From contig DAHXLK010000023.1 of assembly GCA_027366035.1 (NCBI GenBank), positions 1-55,434 on the forward strand: 55,434 nt of DNA. Reading direction: 5' to 3'. The stretch comes from Chlamydiota bacterium (GTDB lineage Bacteria > Chlamydiota > Chlamydiia > Chlamydiales > SM23-39). This document shows, piece after piece, positions 44,619 through 54,785 of this stretch (positions are counted from its first letter, which is position 1; every line of letters begins with the position of its first letter). Below the pieces are notes generated by a model. It worked only from the letters and a program-made list of their open reading frames with translations. It was not told the DNA's origin and did no database searches. The translations under genes and the position numbers were made by a program.

Positions 44619-45378
44619 GCTGCAGGAGCTTTTTTCTTCTCCATCCTTACGTCAAAAACCTCTCTATGAAGCAGCCCAATATGCTTTAGAAGGGGGAAAA
44701 AGGCTCCGTCCTAAAATTGTCCTCGATACCGCTACTACTTTCGGCTGCCCTTTACCAAAAGCTATCGATGCGGCTGTTGCTATCGAACTTCTTCACACCT
44801 ATTCGTTAATCCATGATGACCTCCCTTGCATGGATAACGACGACTATAGAAGGGGAAAACCAAGTGTCCATAAAGTCTACGGAGAGGGGGTGGCTGTCTT
44901 AGTTGGAGACTGTCTCCTTACCGAAGCCTTTCATACCCTTGCCTCTTCAAAAAAACTTACTTTAAAAGAAAAAAAAGAGCTTATCCAAATCCTTGGAAAA
45001 CGCTCGGGAAAAGAAGGGATGATCGCAGGACAATATCTCGATATTACCTCGGCAAACCAAAAAATCAGCCTGCGAGATCTCTATTTCTTAACCCTTCAAA
45101 AAACAGCGGCCCTCCTCTCCGTCTCTTTCGTCTTTGGAGCCGTTGTTGCCCACGCCTCTTTACAAGATAGAAAAGTCCTTCACAACTTTGGCGTTCGCTA
45201 TGGCCTCGCCTATCAGATCGCAGATGACTTGCAAGATACCGATATCGGAAAAACTACCCTCGTTTCTTTACTGGGAAAAAGATGGGCCCAAGAGACTATA
45301 AAAAACCTAAAAGGACAAGCCAAAGGTAAACTATCCATGCTATCCAGACCCGCTCCTTTGCTTTTAAAACTCCTTTGA
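44593..45378 (+). CDS. ispA: Polyprenyl (farnesyl/geranyl) diphosphate synthase
   Basis: GGKRLRP, HDDLPCMDND..RRG and QIADD motifs. Confidence 0.9.
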   Translation: MALASLEHRLQELFSSPSLRQKPLYEAAQYALEGGKRLRPKIVLDTATTFGCPLPKAIDAAVAIELLHTYSLIHDDLPCMDNDDYRRGKPSVHKVYGEGVAVLVGDCLLTEAFHTLASSKKLTLKEKKELIQILGKRSGKEGMIAGQYLDITSANQKISLRDLYFLTLQKTAALLSVSFVFGAVVAHASLQDRKVLHNFGVRYGLAYQIADDLQDTDIGKTTLVSLLGKRWAQETIKNLKGQAKGKLSMLSRPAPLLLKLL

Positions 45379-45411
45379 AAGATCTAGTTCTCATTTTTAG
45401 AAAAAGAAGAT

Positions 45412-46059
45412 ATGCTAAAGCTAATGTTGTATACCTATCCTATCCAACACAGTTTCCTCAAACGATCCTTCGATATTTTTTTTAGCTTAGCCATCCTCTG
45501 CATCTTTTCTCCCGTTTTTCTTATCCTCTCTATAGGGATTAAGTGCAGCTCCCCAGGACCCATTTTCTATACTCATATCCGGACGACAAGGGGTGGGAAA
45601 AAATTTAAATGTCTAAAATTTAGGACGATGTATGTAAATGCCGATAAGTTATTACAAAAAATCTTATCGGAAAATCAAAAACTAAAGAAAGAATGGCTCA
45701 TTTTCTACAAATTGAAAAAGGATCCTAGAGTCACTCCTTTTGGAAAATTTTTACGAAAAACCTCATTAGATGAACTTCCCCAATTTATCAATGTCCTCAA
45801 AGGGGATTTAAGCGTGGTAGGTCCCAGACCTGTCATCGAAGAAGAACTTATCCAATACTTTGGAGAAAAAGCGAAAAAAATTTTATCGATTCGCCCCGGT
45901 GTCACCGGCCTTTGGCAAGTATCGGGGAGAAATGGGATAACTATGCAAGAAAGGGTCCTTATAGAAGAAAGCTATGTCGAAAGCCATAACTTCTTAAAAG
46001 ATCTCATTATCATTTTAAAAACCATACCGGCTATCTTTTTTTCCAAGGGGGCTTATTGA
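45412..46059 (+). CDS. Undecaprenyl-phosphate sugar phosphotransferase
   Basis: KRSFDI, KFRTM, DPRVT, SLDELPQ, VGPRP and PGVTGLWQV motifs. Confidence 0.92.
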   Translation: MLKLMLYTYPIQHSFLKRSFDIFFSLAILCIFSPVFLILSIGIKCSSPGPIFYTHIRTTRGGKKFKCLKFRTMYVNADKLLQKILSENQKLKKEWLIFYKLKKDPRVTPFGKFLRKTSLDELPQFINVLKGDLSVVGPRPVIEEELIQYFGEKAKKILSIRPGVTGLWQVSGRNGITMQERVLIEESYVESHNFLKDLIIILKTIPAIFFSKGAY

Positions 46060-47042
46060 TGTCCATCTTCGTTACTGGAGGGGCAGGCTATATTGGAAGC
46101 CACGTATGCAAAAAATTAAAAGAAGAAGGTTTTTCCCCTATCACCTTTGACAACCTTTCTACTGGGCATAAGGAGATGGTAAAATGGGGCCCTTTATTTG
46201 TGGGAGATCTTATCAATATCCTAGATATTGAAAAGGCCTTCTCCCTCTACCGGGTTCAAGCAGTCATCCACTTTGCCGCCTTAGCCTTAGTCCAAGAATC
46301 GATGGTCCATCCTGAGCTTTATTATCAAAATAATGTCGTCGGTTCTTTGAACCTTTTACAAGTATGCCAAAAATTTGGGGTAAAATCTATCGTCTTTTCC
46401 AGTACCTGTGCTACTTTTGGCATCCCCAAAAAATTGCCGATTACTGAAAAAACTCTGCAACACCCCATCAATCCCTATGGGGAAAGTAAGCTCATGGTGG
46501 AAAAGATGTTAATGTCTATGGAAAAGGCTTACGGAATCCGGTATGCGATTTTACGATATTTTAACGCCGCAGGGGCCGATTTTAGTGGTGAAATCGGAGA
46601 AAACCACGAGCCAGAAACTCATCTCATCCCCCTCATCCTATCTGCAGCGCTGAAAAAAACACCCAACATTTCAGTCTATGGCACCGATTTTCCTACCAAA
46701 GATGGAACGGCTGTGAGAGATTATATCCATGTCATTGACCTGGCAAATGCCCACATTTTAGCCCTCAAATATCTGATGGAAAAAAGGAAAAGCCTTGCCC
46801 TCAACTTAGGATCGGGAGTAGGCCGCTCGGTATCCGAAGTAATTACTGCAGTGGAGCAGTTTACCCGCCAAAAAATCGAAAAGGTCTTACAAAAAAGGAG
46901 GGAGGGAGATCCCCCCATACTCATTGCGGCGAATGGTCAGGCTAAAAAATTATTAGGCTGGCAACCAAAATATTCAGATCTAAGTACCCTTATCGAAAGT
47001 GCTTATAATTATTATGAAACACATTCTTTTGTGGGCCGTTAA
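46059..47042 (+). CDS. galE: UDP-glucose 4-epimerase
   Basis: GGAGYIGSH, FSSTCA, YGESK, LRYFN and RDYIHV motifs. Confidence 0.95.
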   Translation: MSIFVTGGAGYIGSHVCKKLKEEGFSPITFDNLSTGHKEMVKWGPLFVGDLINILDIEKAFSLYRVQAVIHFAALALVQESMVHPELYYQNNVVGSLNLLQVCQKFGVKSIVFSSTCATFGIPKKLPITEKTLQHPINPYGESKLMVEKMLMSMEKAYGIRYAILRYFNAAGADFSGEIGENHEPETHLIPLILSAALKKTPNISVYGTDFPTKDGTAVRDYIHVIDLANAHILALKYLMEKRKSLALNLGSGVGRSVSEVITAVEQFTRQKIEKVLQKRREGDPPILIAANGQAKKLLGWQPKYSDLSTLIESAYNYYETHSFVGR

Positions 47043-47559
47043 CCAAGGTCCTATAAAACTAAAGCTCTATTTGGCCCTCTTGTCCTCTTGTCTATTTTTC
47101 TTTATCGTCCCTCCCCTTTTCCCATCCTGGAAAGTTTTCCACTTTGTCCCTTGGTTGGCGCTAGTAATTACCTATAGTACTTTTTTACGATCGTTATGGA
47201 GTGCTTTTGTTACCGGCCTTTTATTAGATCTTCTCAGTGCTACCACTTTTGGAATGCACACTTTAAATTTCTCTATTGTCACTGCCTATCTTTTTACGAA
47301 AAGAAGATACTTTATTAAAGAAAACCCATATAATCTCTCCTTGTTTACTACCATATATTCCTTTACCCTTACCCTCCTATATACTCTCCTTTTTTTTATC
47401 TTTGACAGGAGGTGGCTAGTTTCCGGAAAATGGATCGTAACGGACCTTCTCCTATTTTCCCTTTTTGATGGAATGTATGCATACTTTGGATTTACACTTC
47501 CGTTTTCCTTATGGGAATCTTTGGAGAAAAAATGGAAAATAAAATATGGGATTAAGTGA
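47014..47559 (+). CDS. MreD-like membrane protein
   Basis: AFVTGLLLDLLSATTFGMH resembles the MreD GLLxD...G motif; about five TM segments; start is uncertain. Confidence 0.6.
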   Translation: MKHILLWAVNQGPIKLKLYLALLSSCLFFFIVPPLFPSWKVFHFVPWLALVITYSTFLRSLWSAFVTGLLLDLLSATTFGMHTLNFSIVTAYLFTKRRYFIKENPYNLSLFTTIYSFTLTLLYTLLFFIFDRRWLVSGKWIVTDLLLFSLFDGMYAYFGFTLPFSLWESLEKKWKIKYGIK

Positions 47560-48370
47560 TTTCAATCAGATACCCTTCTCCGAAATGACCCTCGTAGGGG
47601 TAGAAGCGGCTGTAAAAGCAGCAAAGGTGTTAAAAAAAGGGTTTGGAAGCAGTTTTTCCATTTCCAGCAAAAGGACCCCCAATGACCTCGTAACCGAATA
47701 CGATAAAAAATCAGAAACTCTTATTATCGAACAGCTAAAGAAAAAATATCCCAAGCATAGCTTTCTCTCCGAGGAATGTGGAGAAATCGGAGAAAATACC
47801 GACGATGTCCAGTGGATCATCGATCCCTTGGATGGGACAGTCAATTTTGCCCATGGAATCCCAAGTTTTGCTATAAGTATCGGTGTCAAAGTCAAAAATG
47901 ATGTCGAAATCGGTATCATCCATCATCCTTTAACCGAAGAGCTCTTTATCGCCGAAAGAGGGAAGGGTAGCTTTGGTAACGGAAAAAAGCTGCAAGTCTC
48001 TTCCGTCACTGATGTAAGACGCTCTTTTTTAGCGACAGGCTTTCCCTACAATGTCACTGAAAACCCCCATCACTGCATTGAAAGTTTTATTGAGCTCATA
48101 AAAATGGGGGTCCCGATACGGAGGATAGGATCGGCAGCGCTAGATTTTAGCTATGTAGCCTCCGGAAAATTCGATGGATTTTTTGAAGCGTCGCTTGCTC
48201 CATGGGATGTAGCAGCGGGTAAGCTGATCGTAGAACTAGCAGGGGGGAAAGTCTCTACCTGGGAAGGAGAAAAGCTTCATATCGATGCTTACGACTCCCA
48301 ATTAGCAAGTAACGGTCTTTTGCACGATACACTGGTAAAAATACTTCATGACAAATATCCTAAACGGTAA
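47546..48370 (+). CDS. suhB: Inositol monophosphatase SuhB family
   Basis: DLVTEYD, WIIDPLDGT, GSAALD and PWDVAAG motifs. Confidence 0.92.
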   Translation: MGLSDFNQIPFSEMTLVGVEAAVKAAKVLKKGFGSSFSISSKRTPNDLVTEYDKKSETLIIEQLKKKYPKHSFLSEECGEIGENTDDVQWIIDPLDGTVNFAHGIPSFAISIGVKVKNDVEIGIIHHPLTEELFIAERGKGSFGNGKKLQVSSVTDVRRSFLATGFPYNVTENPHHCIESFIELIKMGVPIRRIGSAALDFSYVASGKFDGFFEASLAPWDVAAGKLIVELAGGKVSTWEGEKLHIDAYDSQLASNGLLHDTLVKILHDKYPKR

Positions 48371-49205
48371 AGCTTTAAGCCTATCCCTACAGCAAGAGCT
48401 GAAAAAATCTATTAACGCCCTAACAACAAGAAAACCAACCCTTGCCTTTATCTTGGTTGGCCATCATCCTCCCTCACTTATCTATGTCGAGAGGAAAAAA
48501 AAAGCTACCGCATTTGTTGGCATCCGCTCCATAATCTCCCACTTGAACGAAAATATCTCTGAAAAGATGCTTATCCAACAGATCCAAAAATATAATAATG
48601 ACCCTTCAATAGACGGGATTTTAGTCCAAATGCCATTACCTCCGTCGATATCCCCTTATCCAGTTATTCAAGCCATTCACCCAAACAAAGATGTCGACGG
48701 GTTCCACCCCCTCAATTTTGGCAAACTCCTTCTAGGAGAAAAAGATGGCTTTATCCCTTGCACCCCCTTGGGAATCCAATGTCTTTTAGAAAAAAATCAG
48801 ATTGCCATAGAATCCAAACATGTAGTTATTGTAGGGAGAAGTAATATCGTAGGAAAACCCCTTGCCGCCCTCCTCATGCAAAAGAAAAAAGGAGCTAACG
48901 CCACGGTTACTATCGCCCACTCGCAAAGCAAAGACCTTCACAAAATCACTCAAGAGGCCGATATCCTCGTATCGGCAATCGGAAAGCCTAGATTCCTTAC
49001 TCAAAATATGGTAAAAAAAGGATGTGTCGTAGTGGACGTGGGGATTACCCAAGTGCAAGGAAAGCTCGTAGGAGATGTCGACTATGAAAAAGTGGCCCCT
49101 ATTACTGCGGCCATCACCCCGGTACCCGGAGGTATCGGGCCTATGACAATCGCCATGCTTTTAAAAAACACCTATCTTAGCTTTCAGCGGAGGGAAAAAA
49201 GATGA
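48348..49205 (+). CDS. folD: Methylene-THF dehydrogenase/cyclohydrolase
   Basis: KDVDGFH, PCTP, GRSNIVGKP and TPVPGGIGPMT motifs. Confidence 0.97.
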   Translation: MTNILNGKALSLSLQQELKKSINALTTRKPTLAFILVGHHPPSLIYVERKKKATAFVGIRSIISHLNENISEKMLIQQIQKYNNDPSIDGILVQMPLPPSISPYPVIQAIHPNKDVDGFHPLNFGKLLLGEKDGFIPCTPLGIQCLLEKNQIAIESKHVVIVGRSNIVGKPLAALLMQKKKGANATVTIAHSQSKDLHKITQEADILVSAIGKPRFLTQNMVKKGCVVVDVGITQVQGKLVGDVDYEKVAPITAAITPVPGGIGPMTIAMLLKNTYLSFQRREKR

Positions 49206-49792
49206 AAACGGCATTTTTTGATCTGGGAAATGTCCTAATTTTTTTTAGCCATGAAAAAATGTGTAGACAGCTTGCCGACGTGCTACAAACTTCCTATGAA
49301 AAAATCTATGACCTTTTATTTCATCAACATATCGCTAAAGATTATGAACTTGGCCTCATAGACTCAGAAGAGATGTACAACCGCCTCTCGACATCTTTAA
49401 AAAGGAGAGGAGATTTTCTCACCTTTTTACAAGCCGCCTCCAATATCTTCGAACCTAATGAAGCCATCTACCCGATCATCGAAAAGCTGAAAAAAAATGG
49501 GGTCCGCCTCACCCTTTTATCCAATACAAATGAGGCCCATTTTAATTACGCCTATTCCCATTTTCCCATCCTCCGCCTCTTCCATGATAGGATCCTATCT
49601 TATGAAGTGAATTTGCAAAAACCGGATCCGGCTATTTTCTATAAAGCCCTCACAAAAGCAGGTAGTGATAATTTCTATACTGACGACCTTTTAGAAAATA
49701 TTCAGGCAGCTAAAAAAGTAGGGTTAGATAGCGAACAGTTTACCTCTACCCAAAATCTTTATACCCAGCTCACCGGTAGAGGGTTTTTATAA
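49202..49792 (+). CDS. HAD-family phosphatase (YihX-like)
   Basis: FFDLGNVL, LSNTN, KPDPAIF and TDD motifs. Confidence 0.88.
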   Translation: MKTAFFDLGNVLIFFSHEKMCRQLADVLQTSYEKIYDLLFHQHIAKDYELGLIDSEEMYNRLSTSLKRRGDFLTFLQAASNIFEPNEAIYPIIEKLKKNGVRLTLLSNTNEAHFNYAYSHFPILRLFHDRILSYEVNLQKPDPAIFYKALTKAGSDNFYTDDLLENIQAAKKVGLDSEQFTSTQNLYTQLTGRGFL

Positions 49793-51693
49793 TGTCTAAA
49801 AAGAAAAAACGGCATACCCTTACAGGCACATTAAGTCTCCATCCTAGAGGATTTGGATTTGTCATCCCGGAAAAGGGGGATAAAGATATTTTCATACCCA
49901 AACACCTTACTAACGGGGCAGTCGATGGCGATACTGTCGAAGTAATCTCTTTTCCAAAAGCTTCCTCTAAAGGTCCGGAAGGAAAAATCGTCAAAATCCT
50001 CAAACGGGGGAGGAAACACCTAGCGGGGATCGTCCTATATCCTATGAATAAAGACCATCTCTACCTAGTTTACGCACCTCTACTTTCCAAAGAAAAAAAA
50101 GTCCTCCTCTCCTGCAAAGATAAAACTCTGAAGTCGGGCGATAGGATTATTATGAAAATAACCAACTGGAATAATGAAAATAAAGAAACCGAAGGGGAGC
50201 TGAAAAGCTATATCGGCCATATCACCGATCCAAGTGTAGATATCTCGTGTGCCATAGAAGAATTTGAGATTCTATCTCATTTTTCTCCTGCTGCCGTGGA
50301 AGAGGCTAAAGCTTTTGGCTCCGAAGTCAAGGGAAAACAGCTCGAAGGGAGGGAAGATTTTACGAAACTGCAAACCATCACCATCGATCCCGATACGGCT
50401 AAAGACTTTGACGATGCCATCTCCCTAAACAAAGATACGGAAGGCAACTACCACTTAGGAGTCCATATTGCCGATGTCGCCCACTACGTAACCTCCGGAT
50501 CGATACTAGACAAAGAAGCCTATAGCCGGGGTAATTCTACCTATTTTCCCGGAAAATGTATCCCCATGCTCCCGGAAACGCTATCCAACGGCCTCTGCAG
50601 TTTAAAACCGGACACTACCCGACTTACCGCATCGGTTTTAATGACCTTCAATCCCAAAGGAGATCTTTTAAGCTCTAAAGTAGTAAGGTCCTACATCTAC
50701 AGCCAAAAACGATTCACCTACCGGGAAGCCTTACGGGTGCTAGAGGGAAAAAGTCAAAGTCCTTTTCTCCCTCTTTTGAAGGAATGTGTTAACTTGTGCC
50801 ACCTTTTGAAAACTAAAAGGATGGAGAGGGGAAGTATCGACTTTGCCCTTCCCGACGCCATTTTAGAAGTAGACGCTAAAGGCAACCCTATAAAAATGAA
50901 AATAGAAGCATACGATATTACCCACCAACTTATAGAAGAGTTCATGCTCAAAGCAAACGAGACGGTTGCAAAGACATTAGCAGAAAAAGGGAAAATGCTG
51001 ATCTATCGAATCCATGAAAAGCCAAGCAAAGAAAACTTTCATGATTTTTACTCTTATACAAGAGCCCTAGGATTTAAGCTCCCCGACTCTCCGACTAATT
51101 CCGACATCCAAAAACTTTTTAAAACGGCTAAGGACTCTCCCCATTTACAAAGACTGTCTGTCGCCTTCATCCGGTCGATGAAACTCGCCTTCTACTCCCC
51201 TGATAATATCGGCCATTATGGCCTCGCCCTTACCCACTATGCCCATTTTACTTCACCGATCCGCAGATATTCCGATCTTATCATCCAAAGACTCCTTTTT
51301 GGAGAAAAAATTATAGAAGATGACCTGGTAGAGATTGCCAATATTTGTTCCAACCGGGAAAGAATTAGCATGCGGGCGGAAACTTCTGTAGTCACTTTAA
51401 AAAAACTTCGTCTCTTACACCAATATTTTTCTGAAGATCCCAAGCGAAAATACAAGGCAACAGTTACCCGTATCAAACCCTTCGCCCTTTTCTTTGAGCT
51501 CACCGACTTTCTCTTAGACGGCTCTTTACATGTCTCTGAACTGGGTAACGACTTCTACCAGTTCAGCCAAGCTACCCACTCTTTCCGAGGAGAGAGGACT
51601 GGAAAACTCTACTCTATTTCAGATGCGATTACCGTATCCGTTATCGGCATCGATTTTATCTACCAAGAAGCCAAATTTGCCCTTGTTCGATGA
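49792..51693 (+). CDS. rnr: Ribonuclease R (RNB family)
   Basis: HPRGFGFV, TIDPDTAKDFDDA and HFTSPIRRYSD motifs; C-terminal S1 domain. Confidence 0.95.
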   Translation: MSKKKKRHTLTGTLSLHPRGFGFVIPEKGDKDIFIPKHLTNGAVDGDTVEVISFPKASSKGPEGKIVKILKRGRKHLAGIVLYPMNKDHLYLVYAPLLSKEKKVLLSCKDKTLKSGDRIIMKITNWNNENKETEGELKSYIGHITDPSVDISCAIEEFEILSHFSPAAVEEAKAFGSEVKGKQLEGREDFTKLQTITIDPDTAKDFDDAISLNKDTEGNYHLGVHIADVAHYVTSGSILDKEAYSRGNSTYFPGKCIPMLPETLSNGLCSLKPDTTRLTASVLMTFNPKGDLLSSKVVRSYIYSQKRFTYREALRVLEGKSQSPFLPLLKECVNLCHLLKTKRMERGSIDFALPDAILEVDAKGNPIKMKIEAYDITHQLIEEFMLKANETVAKTLAEKGKMLIYRIHEKPSKENFHDFYSYTRALGFKLPDSPTNSDIQKLFKTAKDSPHLQRLSVAFIRSMKLAFYSPDNIGHYGLALTHYAHFTSPIRRYSDLIIQRLLFGEKIIEDDLVEIANICSNRERISMRAETSVVTLKKLRLLHQYFSEDPKRKYKATVTRIKPFALFFELTDFLLDGSLHVSELGNDFYQFSQATHSFRGERTGKLYSISDAITVSVIGIDFIYQEAKFALVR

Positions 51694-52253
51694 TTCCCTT
51701 AAGTTTTTTCCTCCGTTCGGATGTAGTAGAAATCGCAAAAGAGCTGATTGGAAAAAAACTTTTCACTTGTTTTGATGGAGAACTTACCGGCGGGATCATT
51801 ACCGAAACGGAAGCCTATGCAGGAATCCTAGACCAGGCAAGTCACGCCTACCGAGGGAGGAGGACTCGTCGAAATGAGGCAATGTACCTAAAGGGAGGGG
51901 TGGCCTATGTCTATCTCTGCTATGGCATCCACCATTTATTGAACATCGTCACCAATAAAGAAGGAGATCCTCATGCCGTCTTGATACGAGGGATAGAACC
52001 AACGACAGGCATTGCACGGATGCAACAAAGAAGGGGCGGGACAAAAAATATCGCCTCAGGTCCCGGTAATGTGACTCAAGCCCTTGGCATTACTCTATCT
52101 GCGAATACCCTCTCGTTATTAGGGCCTCAAATATTTCTCACAGAAGGGGTCTCTCCTAAAGAAATCGAAATAGGTCCAAGGATTGGGGTAGAATATGCCC
52201 AAGAAGACGCACTACTTCCTTACCGCTTTGTACTTAAAGGAAAAAATCTTTGA
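51690..52253 (+). CDS. 3-methyladenine DNA glycosylase (AAG/MPG type)
   Basis: ETEAY, YVYLCYGIH, AVLIRG, GPG and GPRIGV motifs. Confidence 0.93.
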   Translation: MIPLSFFLRSDVVEIAKELIGKKLFTCFDGELTGGIITETEAYAGILDQASHAYRGRRTRRNEAMYLKGGVAYVYLCYGIHHLLNIVTNKEGDPHAVLIRGIEPTTGIARMQQRRGGTKNIASGPGNVTQALGITLSANTLSLLGPQIFLTEGVSPKEIEIGPRIGVEYAQEDALLPYRFVLKGKNL

Positions 52254-52497
52254 ATAAAATGCTGTTCGATGAAATGCAACAAATTAAGGAGCAGTCCCTT
52301 GATCGAAGTGCAGTGCGATTTACATGGACCATGGATTGCGTAAGGAGAGTTCTTCAGAAATGATTTGACGAGATGCATAACATATTATACCCTCTTGCGA
52401 AAAGTTGCTAAACTCGAGACTCTAACAGACGGCAAACCGGTTTCCAAGCTCCGGCACTGGATTAAAGAGATATAGGACACATTACCCCCTAATATAA

Positions 52498-53547
52498 ATG
52501 ACACCAAAAAAAATAGTAATCATTAAAAGGGAGTTAAGGAAAAAAGGGGGGCTGGAAAAACAAACATTACACCTAAGTCTAGGGCTGCAACAAAAAGGAT
52601 TTGATCTTACCCTTTTGACAAAAGATCCTGACCCTTTACCCGGGATTCCTACCGTATCTTTGGTGACCAAACCTTTTGAAACGGCGGCCCGTAGATGGCT
52701 TTCTCAAAACCCCTCCCCTATCATTTTTGGAATGGACAGAGACCTTTTTTTGACACACATGCGCGTAGGCAACGGGGTCCATGCCGTTTACCTAAAACGT
52801 CTAGGAAATTTTCGACAGTGGTTTGCCAAATTGCAGCCGCACCATAGACATATATTACAGCTAGAAAAAAACTCCTTTAGTAACCCCCGTTTACAAAAAA
52901 TATTGGTAAGCTCCCATATGGTCAAAGAGGAAATTATTTCCTGTTATCCTGTTGATATTAAAAAAATTGCGGTGATCCCCAGTGGCGTGGAGTGGGAGGA
53001 GATAGAGCCCTATTTTTTAACCTGGGAAGAGGGGAAAAAAGCCCTTTGCAAGCAATTTGGAGTAAGCCCACACCTCTTTCATTTCCTCTTTATAGGCAAT
53101 AACTATCAAAGAAAAGGGTTACATCTCCTCTTAAAAGCTTTTGAAAAAATAAAGGATCGTGACTTTTGTCTATGGATCATTGGAAAAGATAAAAATCTAT
53201 CCCGCTATCGATCGAGCCCCAACTTCCGTTTTTTAGGCCCCCAAGAAAACATCGTCCCCTTCTATCAACTTGCCGATGTGATGGTAATTCCTTCCCTTTA
53301 CGATCCATTTGCTAATGTTACTTTAGAAGCCCTTGCTATGGGCCTCTTTGTCATCTCTTCTCCTTATAATGGAGGAAAAGAGGTCCTTACTTCGTTGACA
53401 GGGATGGTTTTTGACAACCTTGCTGCAGCCCTACAACTGTCTATGGAAAAGCATAAAAAAACACCTTCTAGCTCCCTTTTCATTCGAAATAGTGTAAAAC
53501 ACCTCGACTTTTCCCATTATATCACTCAACTCATCGACCTCCTATGA
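52498..53547 (+). CDS. Glycosyltransferase family 4
   Basis: GGLE, RKG and PSLYDPFANVTLEALAMG motifs. Confidence 0.9.
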   Translation: MTPKKIVIIKRELRKKGGLEKQTLHLSLGLQQKGFDLTLLTKDPDPLPGIPTVSLVTKPFETAARRWLSQNPSPIIFGMDRDLFLTHMRVGNGVHAVYLKRLGNFRQWFAKLQPHHRHILQLEKNSFSNPRLQKILVSSHMVKEEIISCYPVDIKKIAVIPSGVEWEEIEPYFLTWEEGKKALCKQFGVSPHLFHFLFIGNNYQRKGLHLLLKAFEKIKDRDFCLWIIGKDKNLSRYRSSPNFRFLGPQENIVPFYQLADVMVIPSLYDPFANVTLEALAMGLFVISSPYNGGKEVLTSLTGMVFDNLAAALQLSMEKHKKTPSSSLFIRNSVKHLDFSHYITQLIDLL

Positions 53548-54785
53548 ACCTCTCTTATCTTCTCCTCCGTTGTATCACCTTCCCTTGCAGGTATCTTCCT
53601 CTTAAAGCTTTGCATAGAATTGGAAACATTTTGGGGATCATGGCATTCTACCTCATGCGCAACTACCGGAAAAGAACTCTTAGCAACCTCGCTTTAGCTA
53701 CCGATTTACACCTGACAGCTAAAGAGCATATCCATATCGCCAAAAAATCGTTTCAAAACCTTGCGATCAACTGTTTAGAGTTTCCAAAATTCGCTTATGA
53801 AAAACACTTAGAAAAAATAGTCGTTTGCGAAAATCCAGAAACAGCCAATGCAATTATCTCTACTGGAAAAGGGATTATTTTTTTTTGTGGCCATCAATCC
53901 AACTGGGAGGTCCTCTTCCTCGATGGGACAAGGAGAATGCAAGGGATGGCCATTGGAAAGCCTATCAAAAACAGGGAGCTATACCGGTGGATCGTATCTA
54001 TTAGGCAACGTTTTGGAGGAAGGATCATCTCTCCTAAAAATGCGATCAAAGAGGGGCTAAATGGGCTAAAAAAAGGGGCTTTTATAGGGATACTGGGAGA
54101 TCAGGGGATGCCGGATAGCAACTACTCGTTTCCCTTTTTAGGAAGGAGGGCGTGGACAACAACGGCACCCGGACTCCTTGCTTATAAAAGCGGTTGTCCC
54201 ATCATCGTAGCTACTACTAGGCGTATTTCAGGGGGTTATAGGATCCATTACTCCGACCCCCTATGGCCCGATCTAAATAACTCTATGGAAAAAGAGACGA
54301 TCCGTCTAATGAATGCCTCCTTACAGCTTTTACAAGCAAGCATCCACCAATCTCCCGGTGAATGGCTATGGCAACATAATCGGTGGAAGCAGCAAACGCC
54401 AAAACATGTGAAAAAGCCCTATAGAAAAGACTGCATTTGCATCATTCTTCCTCAAGAACAAAAAGATTTTTTCTACATCCACAAACATCTCCCTACTCTG
54501 AAACAAATCTACCCTAGGAACTTTCTCTACCTTATTGTCCCTTATAAATACCACGATCAACCCCTCATTGAGGTCGATGAGGTAATCTATTATGAACATA
54601 TCTCTGAGACTCTCCTCAATGACTATCGTTTTAAACTCATTTTCAACTTCACCCCATTTGATAAGATCAAAAAACACTATGAAAAACTGAGTGCTTTTTC
54701 CGTCCTTACTTTGCAAGACTTGAAAAAAAGCGTACCCTTTGAAGAAAATCTCTCCGAAGTTTTTAAAAAGTCTTTATGCCGATAA
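53544..54785 (+). CDS. htrB: Lipid A late acyltransferase (LpxL/HtrB family)
   Basis: GHQSNWE, GDQ, FLGR and PGEWLWQHNRWK motifs. Confidence 0.88.
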   Translation: MNLSYLLLRCITFPCRYLPLKALHRIGNILGIMAFYLMRNYRKRTLSNLALATDLHLTAKEHIHIAKKSFQNLAINCLEFPKFAYEKHLEKIVVCENPETANAIISTGKGIIFFCGHQSNWEVLFLDGTRRMQGMAIGKPIKNRELYRWIVSIRQRFGGRIISPKNAIKEGLNGLKKGAFIGILGDQGMPDSNYSFPFLGRRAWTTTAPGLLAYKSGCPIIVATTRRISGGYRIHYSDPLWPDLNNSMEKETIRLMNASLQLLQASIHQSPGEWLWQHNRWKQQTPKHVKKPYRKDCICIILPQEQKDFFYIHKHLPTLKQIYPRNFLYLIVPYKYHDQPLIEVDEVIYYEHISETLLNDYRFKLIFNFTPFDKIKKHYEKLSAFSVLTLQDLKKSVPFEENLSEVFKKSLCR

